Shown here: piece after piece, positions 51,161 through 64,000 of the stretch
How positions within the stretch are numbered: position 1 is the stretch's first letter
How the letters are laid out: the number at the start of each line of letters is the position of its first letter
Origin: the human T2T-CHM13v2.0 reference genome, Homo sapiens
DNA: 64,000 bases
NCBI RefSeq assembly: GCF_009914755.1
Contig: NC_060936.1
Strand: one strand, 5' to 3'
Program-made: the position numbers and the translations under genes
The notes under the pieces: model-generated
Databases searched by the model: none
What the model was told of the DNA's origin: nothing
Seen by the model: the letters and a program-made list of their open reading frames with translations, nothing else

Positions 51161-51596
51161 CTCAATCTGGACTTTAGCCAACTGAGTGATCAGTTACTTG
51201 TTGTAAGAGATCTCCATTCTAGTGTTTTTGAAGATGACAGAAACCCCTCAATGTAAGAAGAAATTTAAAGGAAAATGCCATGTGTGGTTACTTCTGAAAA
51301 TTCACACCCTTTAGAGTTTTGTTATACGCAAGGTAGTAGAAATCATACTATAAAAGTGTCAAGTTTAAAGAGTTTGTATGTTCTATGTCAAAAATTGTTT
51401 TCTATCCCATCCTCCAAAACTGTATCTTGTAGACACAGATGTGAGAATTTAGTTTAGTAGATGTTCATCACTGTTATAAGTGACCCCAATTTACAGAATT
51501 TATCTTCTGTTTTCTGTTGTCACATCAACCAGTCTAATATAATTAGACACATGAAGTAAATGTATTTTGTAGGTTTAAAATATGCCATCTGCTTGA

Positions 51597-51942
<346 letters not shown>

Positions 51943-52126
51943 ATAAATAAATATTATCACAAGAAATTAAATCAAAGTAATCTCACTTTTAATTGGCAAA
52001 AATTAAAAAAAACTCAAATTACGTGGTCTTAAGGAAAAAGAGTTTAAGCTTTACAATATATTGACAACATAGTAACATTAAAAATTAAAAGCAAATATTA
52101 TTTTATAGATTAAAAAAATCACCCAG

Positions 52127-54200
52127 GTAGATCCTGCGCCTGGCCAGCCCCGCCCGGCCTTCCCTCCGGCCCACCTGACGGCCTTGCGTCTCTCCTCCTC
52201 CCCAACTTGTGGCCGGCAGCTGCCCTCCAGCTTTGGCTCCGTGGACTGGCTCTCCCAGAGCAGCTGCTCAGAGCCGACTCACACCTCCAGGCCTGCCAGG
52301 TCTCCCAGGGGAGCCTCCCTGGCCTGTGTCAGATATCCGGCACCCGGGAGCCCCCTCAGGCCGTCAGCATCAAGGAGTCTAGGTCCTCAAATCGGCCTGC
52401 GCCGGAGAGGACCGTGGTTGGGTTGAGTAAGGGGCCAAACCCCTGGCGGGCCCCCAGTGTCCGCACAGCCTTCGTCACTGAGTAGTTCCGCGCCTTGGAG
52501 ACCGTCTTCCGGTACCACCAGTACTTGGGCTCTCAAGAGCGGAAGAGGCTGGCCAGGGAGATGCAGCTCTGGGAGGTCCAGATAAAAACCTGGTTTCAGA
52601 ATCCCCGGATGAAACACAAAGGGCAAATGCAGGACTCCCAGCTGAATAGTCCCGTCTCTGAGTCACTCCATGCGTCCCTGGCTTTCCATTCCCTGTCTTC
52701 TGGCCTTCCCAATGGCCTGCAGCTGCTGTGCTCTCGGGCACCCCTGCCCAGGCCCCAGGCTCTGATGCTGCCCCCGGCTCCTTCTGGGGTCTCTGCCGAG
52801 TGGGACAAGAAGCCCTGGCCTCTGCATGGGCTTCCTGCTGTGGGCAGCCTCTGGCGTACCATCCCCCAAGCCCAGGAAGTGGCGTGAATCCGCTAGGACC
52901 AGCCCTGTCTACGGGGCTCTGAGGCCTGTGTGCTCTGCTGGAGACAAGGGTTGCATTTTGAGTAAGCGCCTCTGACTCCATGCCTCCCACACACGCGGCC
53001 TTGTGCAGATCGCACCTGGCACCTACCTGGAGGACTCAGCTGTTCTGTTTATATCGTGGGGGCACCTCTCACCCTGACCCACACAAAGGTTCTGGAGATT
53101 TCTGGAGAATGTATTTATTAAAGCTACCTCTTTACTGAAAGTTACCAAAAGGGTCGGTTTACGAAGTAAATGAAGGGTCAGTGAACAGAGTCAGACGCAG
53201 AAGTGGGTTTGTTATTGGTAGGGCTTTCAGCATATGATAAAAGGATAATTTGTTTTTTAAAAAGTGTTGGAAAAACTGTTTTTCCATTTGGAAAAAGTAA
53301 AGGTTGTAAGCTTTGTGTGTAAAAAAAAAAAACCATGAAGGATTGGAAGGGAATGCAGGTGTCGTGTTTATAACTTTGTGGTTCGAGTTCCTTTTAACAA
53401 GGACGCCGAAGCTGGAAAGCAGGAGGGACAAGGGTGAAAATTAAGGCGGGGTGCTGGGGCCCTGCAGTGCGCTCTAGGTCGTGCGTGAGCTGGGACTGTG
53501 CCCGCAGCCTGCTGGGGGCTGCTCTTCTCCAGCCAGGGAAAGCAGAAAGCAGGGCAGCTGGAACCTGCTGCTGTGCCTGGACCGAAGCCTCCAGCATGTG
53601 CTTACCTATCCCCCTCCTCGCAGCAGCCTCAGGACAAAACAGAATGACTCAAGGACAGCATTTCCTGCAGAAAGTCAGGAAGTGCCCATTATGGGAGGCA
53701 TGGAAGCCCCCCCACCCCGGGTAGTACTCTCCCTCATTGATGGACCATTCTTGGTGCAGACTCCTCACTGCACACACCAAAGCTGAGACAAGAGCGCATC
53801 CGTCCACGTCGCCCCAGGAGGTAGGCAGCGCGAGGCGCCCAGACAGACGGGTTCAGCCTGCAAGACTGTGAGGCGACTTGTGAAACCGACCCAAGCATTC
53901 CAACAGGAACAAAAGTGTGGTCCTGTGGCCACGTCCACAGCAAGTTCCACTTTCCCCTTGCTCATTTCTGCGTTGTTGGAGGTGTTTACAACCAGCATGT
54001 GCTTTTATAACACAACCTCAGGTAAGAGTGGAAGAGCTGCCGTGCGTCCTGGAGAGTGATAATGTGACGGAAGCCTGGGCGAAGCCCTCGGAGAGCAGTG
54101 GCTGGACAGGGGCTCCTGGGTGGGGCTTGGACAGCACTGATTTGTGGGTGTGGAAGGGGCCACGTTGTCCGTGATAAAAGTAAAAATGCGCCGCCAAAAA
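52127..54200 (+). pseudogene. VENTX: Full-length processed pseudogene of the homeobox gene VENTX (pseudo-CDS 52184-52961); the specific VENTXP locus cannot be assigned
   Basis: Intronless, GC-rich. Translates (L)RLSSSPT..SSFGSVDWLSQSSC..REPPQAVSIKE..VRTAF..ERKRLAREMQL.EVQIKTWFQNPRMKHK..GSFWGLC..LGPALSTG..AF*. ATG changed to TTG, frameshifts, premature TAG 52483-52485. Long 3' UTR, short poly(A), and TSD AAAAAAATCACCCAG at 52112-52126 and 54201-54215. Confidence 0.93.
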
Positions 54201-54210
54201 AAAAAAATCA

Positions 54211-54465
<255 letters not shown>

Positions 54466-54682
54466 TTTAAATATATATATATTTATATTACATATATATT
54501 TAAATATATATATTTATATTACATATATTTAAATATATATATTTATATTACATATATATTTAAAAATATATATATTTATATTACATATTTAAAAAATATA
54601 TATTTAAATATATATATTTATATTACATATATTTTAAAATATATATTTATATTACATATATATTTAAAAATATATATTTTTA
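54466..54682. repeat. AT-rich minisatellite at the Alu tail position
   Basis: About 6-7 imperfect ~30-bp units resembling TTTAAATATATATATTTATATTACATATATA. Confidence 0.9.
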
Positions 54683-57247
54683 ATCACAGTTGGAAGAATG
54701 TACATCTAAGAAGTTGCCACAAGATTTTTGTATCTTTGTGGTAGACTGTGATAAAATATGTTTGACCAGTGAATTAATTCACAGAACACATTTAGGTTAA
54801 AAATAAAAACAGAAGAGTAAATTTTATAGCTTTTATTACAACTATGGCCAAAAAGTGAGCCATATAGAGGGAGCCTGTTGTCACTGCAACAAGAGGGAAG
54901 AACAGAATAGCTTTTGCTATTCTGTTGCTGTACACTCTTGGATATTCCAAGAAACAAGATTCGAATATCATATTGGCAACTATTGCAAATGTAGATATTT
55001 GTGGATTAATCAATGTAAAGTAGGTACATTTTGTTTGGACCTTTATTTATTTTTCTACATTCTCCCCCTTTTGTATAGTGCTTCCTCTCTACCTTCAGTA
55101 AAGAATCGCCTACCATTTTGGCAGAGGTGGGTGGAAAGTTTCTTAGCTGGGCCTTAAATTCCTGCCTGTGGGGATCTCAGACTAAAACTATATATTCCTT
55201 GATATTATGAATATAACAAAGATGTTATTTTTCATATTAGGGTATGTTTCATACAGTACTTTGCTGAATGGTCTCATTTCTTCTATGCTAATTTGTTAAA
55301 AAGATATAGATTCAAATGATGAAATAATATATAAATAGGATTTATTCAATAAATATTGAAGTATTACAAATACTTAGAAGTGTTCCATTTTTTGAATCTG
55401 TTGATTCAATCCTCATAATCCATTTGTTCGTTGTAATTTCACATTTAAAAAAGGCTACTTGATTCTCAGTAGCTGAATTTTCAGTGCATGTGAGTGTTTA
55501 CTATTTAGCTTATATTGGTAAGTTATCTGACATGACTATTGGTATATATGTTACCTTATGTCGTTTTGGGTAAAAGTGTCTTTTATTTTGACTTCTACAA
55601 ATTGATACAATAAAGAAAACTGGAAAAAAATAGTTTACCACTATTTAAACACATTTTTTTAAAAAAGCTTTCAATTAGAGAAAGCTTTCAATTAGAGGTG
55701 TTAGTAAAATTTTTAAAAAGCAAAATTATACAGACTTGCTAACATTTGGAATAAACATAATCAGCAGTATTAATAATTTACCAAATATAAGAAACTATAA
55801 ATAGCATTATCAGTGGCAAGTAATGCCATTATGAATGTTTTCTTTGTTGTGAAGTGGGATCAAAATATTGCTTTGTATAGAATTTTTTATCATTAATTTT
55901 AAAATAAAGGCACTTCTAGTAGTTGAAGATTATCATAAGAAGGAGATGATTATATATTATTTGTAAATTTTAGGAAATTTAGTAATCATGTTTTAAAGAA
56001 AATTGTAGCCATACTGAAAAATGGTTGAATATCTTATAAATAAAGTGCTCTAGCTTGTTCCCATTGCAACTGAATCCTACAATGTGCTATTTGTCTTTTC
56101 TTTATGTTGAAGTCCTTACACACTTGCTTTTCACTTCTCTCCATTAAGATATATTTATATGAATGTTCTTCAAATGACACCTGAATAAACAGCAGTTAAA
56201 TCTAATGTATGGTGCTTAAATGTGTGATAGGTGACGAAATATATAAAAACTAGTCTTATAAGTTTTAAAACAACTTAGCATATTCACATATTATTAACAA
56301 GTAGTATTAGAGAATCCCATACCTTTAAAGAAGTTTGCAGTGAAATAGTAAATGTGACTGAGAATGGAAGTCAAATAGAGAAAGATGAATTCCATGTAAC
56401 CTTTGGGAACCAGTAATCTGCTCTGAAGCAACCAACTACATGAAGGTCACATCAAGGCAAGAATGAAGTGACCCTGTATAAAATATTAGAACAGTTTAAT
56501 GCAATATTTTGTGATTTTCAAAGGTTATAAATCTAAACACTGTACCAAATCTGAACTCTCTTGAAATCAAGTGCCGTTAAGACTACCCTGATCTACCACT
56601 CAGACATGTAATTATGTCAAATTCCAGTGCTGTATCTTCATAATAGACATTTCCAGGGCTTAAGTACACTCCACACATGAGAAGAATAATGTACATATTC
56701 TGAAACATCAAATAATAGATCAATGACTTTTCTTTGGTTTCGTTATACATTGCAATTCTATATTTGTCTCTAAAATTTCTGCCTTTGTTATTAAGCTTAT
56801 TTTAGCTACTCTTTGAATAAGTTTAATTTATATAAGCAAGATGTAAATATCTGTAAAATTAAAAGTGAAAATAATTGTTTAATTCCAGCCCCCTTCCCTC
56901 CCTCCAGCAACTCTTTACAAAACAAACAAACAAAAAAAACCAACAACAAAAAACAAACAAACAAAAACCCACCACCAACAAAAAATAACCCAGCAGTTTT
57001 GCAAGCCTTTTTATGGAAAGGGGATTTGAAAAGAACAGTATTTGGGGTGCCAGTGCATTAGGAGATGTACTCATTAAGCAGCCCACCTTTCTTCCTTTCT
57101 GGGATGTTCAGGGTTCTGGGCACATAGGTGTTTTACTGAAGATAGTTGGGCACCCGGTTCACCCACAGGTACTGTTATTGCCTTAAAACAATACAATAAC
57201 CTCATCATCCATATTGTCCTTGATACTTCCATGACTAGTGATAATAG

Positions 57248-57683
<436 letters not shown>

Positions 57684-58896
57684 TACTCCTCTTTAAAGAA
57701 AATAAATGATTAGATTGCTGAGTTAGGGAAAGGGAGTTAGGGCTACATAGCTCAGCTCCTTTCTACTTATCTTCAAGTTTTATACTTCCCTGACACATCC
57801 TGTGATAAGCCTCGTAGTAGAGACTCTAGTCTGGTGGTGGTAAGGCTGTGGATTTCCAGGACTTCTTGTGAGTTGTAGAAGTGCACATTGAGATTTGTAG
57901 CAAATACCACAAAGCTCACCACCATCAAAATTATTTTCTTATATTTCCCAGAAACTTTTCAGTTAGGAGACAGCCTGTGGCTAATTTGGTCCAACGTCTT
58001 TTAAGGTGAAATAAATAGCATAAGACACTTCCAAGAAGAATAAAGATAAGCTCTTGAGTGATTATTCTGTCTCTCTTTTGCTAACCCAGCAACTAGCAGC
58101 TTTTCACGATGGCACAGCTACAAGATGGTGTAGCTTTAAGCCTAAAAATGCCTGGTTCCAGAATCACCCCCCTGCCCCAACAACATCTGCCCATGCAGTT
58201 GTTTTATAACCCAGCCAGGATCGGCTTTCTGAGTGTATGACTTGTGAAGGTGCACAGGGGTCTGTGATTAGAAACTCTCAGTGTTTGATTTAATGTTGTT
58301 TTTGCCATCTTAAAATTCTTAATATTTTTGAGCAAGGGATCTCATATTTTCAAAAATTACGTAGCTAATAATGACCCCAGCAAAATCTAGAAAAACAAGT
58401 TATAACTAGGAGAGAATTTTTACAGCTGACAATAAAATCCACTCCAGCTAGTATGAAAGAACAAATGAGTTTATTTAAGAATATTATTTAGTTACTGGAA
58501 TTACATGCCAAACTTTTAGAAACCATACAAATAGGAAAACTATACAATCACACCATAGAAATATTTTATTGAAAGTCTGAAGCAGCAGCAGCTTTCTGCC
58601 CCCTAAACATACAGAATGCCAGGGACCTGATAACAGAAACCCTTATATGGCTACTATTAAAAACAAACAACCAACCAACAAACGAAAACCTCCAAAAAAG
58701 GAAATAGAAAAATCTGTTCTGACTTTGCTTGCTAGAGAAGACTCATGACCTCTTCCACATAATTTTTAGTTCAGCCTTTCAAGTCTTTTATGGGAGCCTG
58801 CAGTGTAGAACTTTGTCACTTTTGAAAACTTAGCTTCAAAAGTATAAGAAATGAGATTTTACCTCGCCATTCCCTAGTTTAAAGAATATATGTTGA

Positions 58897-59361
<465 letters not shown>

Positions 59362-59499
59362 TAAACATGCCTCCTAATTATTTAATTTTCTCCAATACCA
59401 CTAAAATCAATTGATATCCACATATCATTCTGGCTTTTCTGTTTTTTTCTAAAATTTTGTCTCTATAAGATCTCTGTAAAAGGATCTTTAAAAAGACAA

Positions 59500-60130
59500 A
59501 CAAAAATGCATCTCTGATCTTGATGTTCCTCTGCTTAACCAATCCTCTATTTCAAAACAAACCATTGCTTTGAGGATGCATCCAGCGTCTTAACGTGGTA
59601 TACTAGGCTCTCCATCTTCTGGCCCTTACTTTTCTTTCTATTTTCATGTCTTTTCACACTCCATCTTGCACTCTATCTTTCATCCATATTGAACTATTTT
59701 TTTCTAGCCTATAAGCTTCCTCTCTACATGCAGTTATTTTGCATGCACTGTTCTCCCACTTTTTCCAAATTCTGTCTGCCTTCACTTGGCTAATTCCCAT
59801 TCTTAGGTAAGGACTTGGCTTAAATTCACTTCTGAGGTTTTTTTACTGTCTCCCTTTCCCAGCCACAGATTAGTATGCCCTACTTTCTGATTCCCTTGCA
59901 TTCTTTACTTTTCCTGTGTTAACTGCATGGAAATTACTTGTATAATTGTCTATATTCTCTGATAAACTACACACTCTGTGAAGACTGAGGACATGATTGT
60001 TTCATGTATTGATGCATCTTTATACCTAACAAAATTTCTCAGAGATAATGTGCTATCAACAAATTTATGAATAATAACAGAATGAATAGATGAGTGAGTG
60101 GATGAATACATAAACCAATGATTAAATGAA
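59500..60130 (+). mobile_element. L2 3' region
   Basis: gataaactacacactctgtgaagactgagg...aaatttatgaata followed by a (TGAA)-like tail. Confidence 0.6.
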
Positions 60131-63100
60131 AGAAAATGTAGCTCTGGCTTCTAAGTATGTTTTATACTATCCAATGGTTCTGTTTGTTATATAGTGAGAC
60201 AAGTTCTGGAGACCTAGGTTTTCTCTTTGGATAGTCCATGGGTTTATTAATTCAACAAATATTTCTCATAAAATTACTATATGCCTAGCCCTATGGCTTT
60301 GTGTCTTTGTTTACCCAAGCTAAATATTCAGGATCTCAGTTTCATCATTTGCAGTATCAGAGTAATAATATTTATCTGAAGAGTAATAATATTTATCTGA
60401 AGTTTTTTGTAAAAATCCAGTGAATTTACAAAAATATTAATTTTGTATTACTGTTAGTATTGTTAAATAGTTGAGTTTCCTATTAGATGCTGTTTGTATT
60501 ATTGACAGTGTTTTAGAGAATTTATTCCTATTAATATGTAGATATATGACTTACTTCACTAATATATAAGCAGAATATGTTGAGACTGATAAATAGTTTA
60601 GAATAAAATTTTAACTTAATAAAAACATGCTCTGTATTATTTGTCTAATTTATGGTGTCCATCCCAGAGACTTAAGGTACAATCACATTTTTATATTTCC
60701 CTTAGGATTTGCAACCTCAAAAAAAATCCATACTCAGACTCAAGTTTTGGACTGCTCTACAACTGCATTTATCTTACATCAATGCAATTGCATTGTCCAT
60801 CCTACCATCTAAATTTATCTATCTATCTATCTATCTAATTAGCTGTACTACTGTATTTGTGCAATCTATCTCAGAAATAGTAGTCTAATCCAGATTAAAA
60901 TTGAATTGAAACTCCACTTTCTGACATGAAATGAACTAAATACAGGGAAAAATTAGAAGTGATCAAGAGGAAGAAGAATGTATGTGTGAACATCTGTCAT
61001 GCCAAACTCTACTGTTCCCACTTATACATTGTACATTATATCTCTCCCAAAGTTAGAGCTTGCATTTCAAAGAAATGTCATTGCAAATTAAATTTATCTG
61101 ACTGCCAGTCAAAATGTCCATTATGGGCACAATTTGCATTTTAACGAATACTTCCATTGTTATATAATTTCAAGCATATTTTGAACATAATTCATGGCTT
61201 CAACCCTCTATAGACAACCCTACTGTTCATTCCACATTACCTGATACAGACCTCTATAAATTTTTCAGTTATCTGTTTCATCTTTACTTTAATACCAAAC
61301 ATTTTCTTTTTATTTCATATACATTGCTCCTTTCTGCCAAAAAAGGTCTCAGGGATTTTTTTGTGTTTTGTTTTTTAGGTTTTTTACTTGTCTTTAGGTT
61401 TTTTCCTCACATTTTTGCCTAGATATTTTTTCTTTCTCCTGTGGTTCACTAAATACTTTCCTGACTTATTTGACTCCTGCACCCTTTTATATCACAAGGT
61501 ATATCCCTCATCCATGGTGCATATCACATTTGTAATGTCACGTTACTTTTTATGTACAGTTGATTAATGTCTGTGTCACCCAGTAGATTATATGAACCAA
61601 GGGAGCATGTCTCTTCATGCTCACAATTTTAATTCCAGGATCTGGCCTATTAATTTACACATAAGAGGTTTTCTATACATGGTTTAGAATGAATAAATGA
61701 TTCCCCAATCCCTGGGGTATGAGGTAGGTGAATTTATAAGTCAAATTGAGACACATAGAGTCAAGTTAAATACATAAAAATATCATTATTATATAAAATA
61801 TAGGGACAGAAATATAAGAAATAACGAGAGTTGAGAAAGGATGCTGCCATTCATGGTGCCTCCTACTTTATCACACTCTACTGTAATTCTCACTGTAAAC
61901 TCATGTGGTTTTTATTATTCTCATTTTACAACTGAGAGACATATGATGCAAAACGTTTAATTGGTTCAACTCCCTACCCCTAGGAAGTGGTGAGGCTGAG
62001 CTGTGTAACCCATTCTAATCACCTCCAAAGCCCACTCTCTTTCCACCACTCCATGATTGAACTACTTGCTTCAGAACTTCTGATACTCTGTGAGATTCTC
62101 TTCAGCTTGGGGCTTTGGCCTCTGGAGTCTAAAGAATGAGTTATGTAGAAATTGTGAGTTTAATCCTATCTTAGACTCACGTCTTCTTAATTGCGTTTTC
62201 TCTCTTTTTTCCCCATAAGTGCAGTCACAACTTAAATGCTTCTGCAATTGTTGATGACTACACTTACAACATGCCAGATGTTATTTCATTTAAATTATGC
62301 CCACACAGTGCAGGTGCAAAATGGAGGCCACAATTGCACAAATTTGGACTTAAGTAGTTCTGTGTTTTCATTTAATCTCTATGCTTGGCTCAATGTAAAT
62401 CATTTTCTTCACTTTTTTTTTCTACTTTCTATCTTCCTACTAAACTTTTAAAATATATTACTTTAAAAGTTCTCAAAAGTGAGAATGGTACATATATTTT
62501 TTAGAATAAAAAAGCCTTTGCCTCTTAGGTAGACTTTGCATTTTCCCAGACTGCAAAAAGAATTATCTTGCCTATTTTTATTTGAACAAATATAATATGG
62601 CTAATCCAGCCATGCTTTCCAAAGAGAATACATGGCCATAAAGCATCAAATATCGATATCAAATGGATCAACTATAATCCCACAATTACACCTCATTTAA
62701 GAGCTGAACCCCTCCACGTTTCTCTTAATTTTACTTAAATGTGTTCTCTGTTCATTCTTTCATGCTGTCATGTCCCAAAATGTAATACTTGTAACTTTGT
62801 ATGGCATCTGCAGTGGGGGTCTATTGGCTGTTATACCTGAACTAGAAAGAAAAGAAAAGGAAAAAATCTAAAATGTCTATAACAACGCTCATCCTAGGAT
62901 ACATGCTAGATCACGATTTTATAGTTTCTGAGCAACTACTGTATTTCATTAAACCCAAGACAAGATCAATTTTATGACACACTATTGTTTTAATTATCAT
63001 TAAGAACACACTGTAAATTAAAATGTATCTCAGTATTTTCTTACTTTTTATACTATGGAAAAAATATTTTTGGACTCAATTTAGACTTGCATTTAAAAAT

Positions 63101-63489
63101 GTATCACTCTTGTATATACATTTAAAAAGGACATACAAGAGATATATTTTGGTTAAAGTACTCCTAAAATATGTTCGATTTAGTCTGGCTCTTTGGAATC
63201 ACCAGAATTGTCAATCTTTTTATTTTACCTCAGTATAACATATCCCTTGTGAACTTCAATAGTATTAATAATAAAATGATACAGGATTACCTTCAGAAAT
63301 ACTTTAGTTTTGTCACCAAGATATTTTTCCATGTCAATTACTGCCATTCTGCAGACTTAATTTTGTTGTTCTCTTGGACTTTTCAGAAGATATTATGGAA
63401 TATCTTTTGACAACAATGATAAACCATATACCTTTTTCTCAAATGGTTCTTAAATGCCCTGTTGATATAAAGCAAGGGGTTACGGCTGT

Positions 63490-63895
63490 TGAAGGGTGGC
63501 AGAATATGCCACCCCAAAATATGCCACTTTGGCATAAAGACTATTTTGAGCTAAAGGCAAATTATAAATACCACAGATGCAAGAAGAGCACTCTGACCCT
63601 CCCCTTTCACTGTACAAATGGACTTTATTAAAATAATTATTATCTTCCTTTAGCCTCTGCACAGGGTTTAGCTACTTTTACATAATTGCCTCTCTTTGTT
63701 CAACCTAGTATAAAAACATGTAGATTTGGCCACTTCTTTGAGTCTTCAGTTTTTCATGAAAGCTCTCATGTCATTTAACACTTATGTGAAATACATGTTT
63801 ATGCTCTTCTCCTGTTAATTTGTCTTATATCAATTTAATTCTCAGGCCCAGCCAAAACTCTAAGAAGGTAGAGATAAAATTTTGCTTACCCTACA
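63490..63895 (+). mobile_element. MER34-family ERV1 solo LTR, probably internally deleted
   Basis: tgaagggtggcagaatatgccaccccaaaatatgccactttggcata...cttaccctaca (TG...CA); near-TSD CTGT / TTGT. Confidence 0.7.
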
Positions 63896-64000
63896 TTGTC
63901 CAGCTATGTTCATAAGAAATGACAGCTAAGGTCCCCAAAGCATAGGTAATCGCTTCTACTGCTTGGCCTATGACAATGTTAAGAGGCATCAACATTTTAA

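Overview
This is AT-rich primate (very likely human) intergenic DNA, with no intact protein-coding gene or RNA gene that I can support. It is dominated by transposable elements and retrocopies. From left to right: (1) the 3' end of an old ERV-L with an MLT2B-type LTR, split by a Tigger3a MITE and a near-full-length Tigger2; (2) a truncated THE1 element, a partial MER11 LTR and an intact MER11D-like solo LTR; (3) a full-length, decayed HERV-E provirus (24156-32867; LTR2 LTRs, tRNA-Glu PBS, 4-bp TSD); (4) an old L1M that hosts both a chimeric DNAJC1-derived retrocopy and a full-length HERV-L provirus (35622-42276; MLT2A-type LTRs); (5) a full-length VENTX processed pseudogene with a 15-bp TSD; (6) several Alus, a short L1PA 3' end, and MIR, L2, MaLR, MER58 and MER34 relics. 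I find no new multi-gene system. The most unusual observations are a DNAJC1 retrocopy that switches abruptly to an unrelated polyadenylated 3' end (a possible fossil of an unannotated isoform), a 62-bp inverted template-switch insertion inside HERV-L pol, and apparent re-use of one L1-endonuclease site by an Alu and the VENTX retrocopy. Repeat family names come from my recall of consensus sequences and were not checked against a database.
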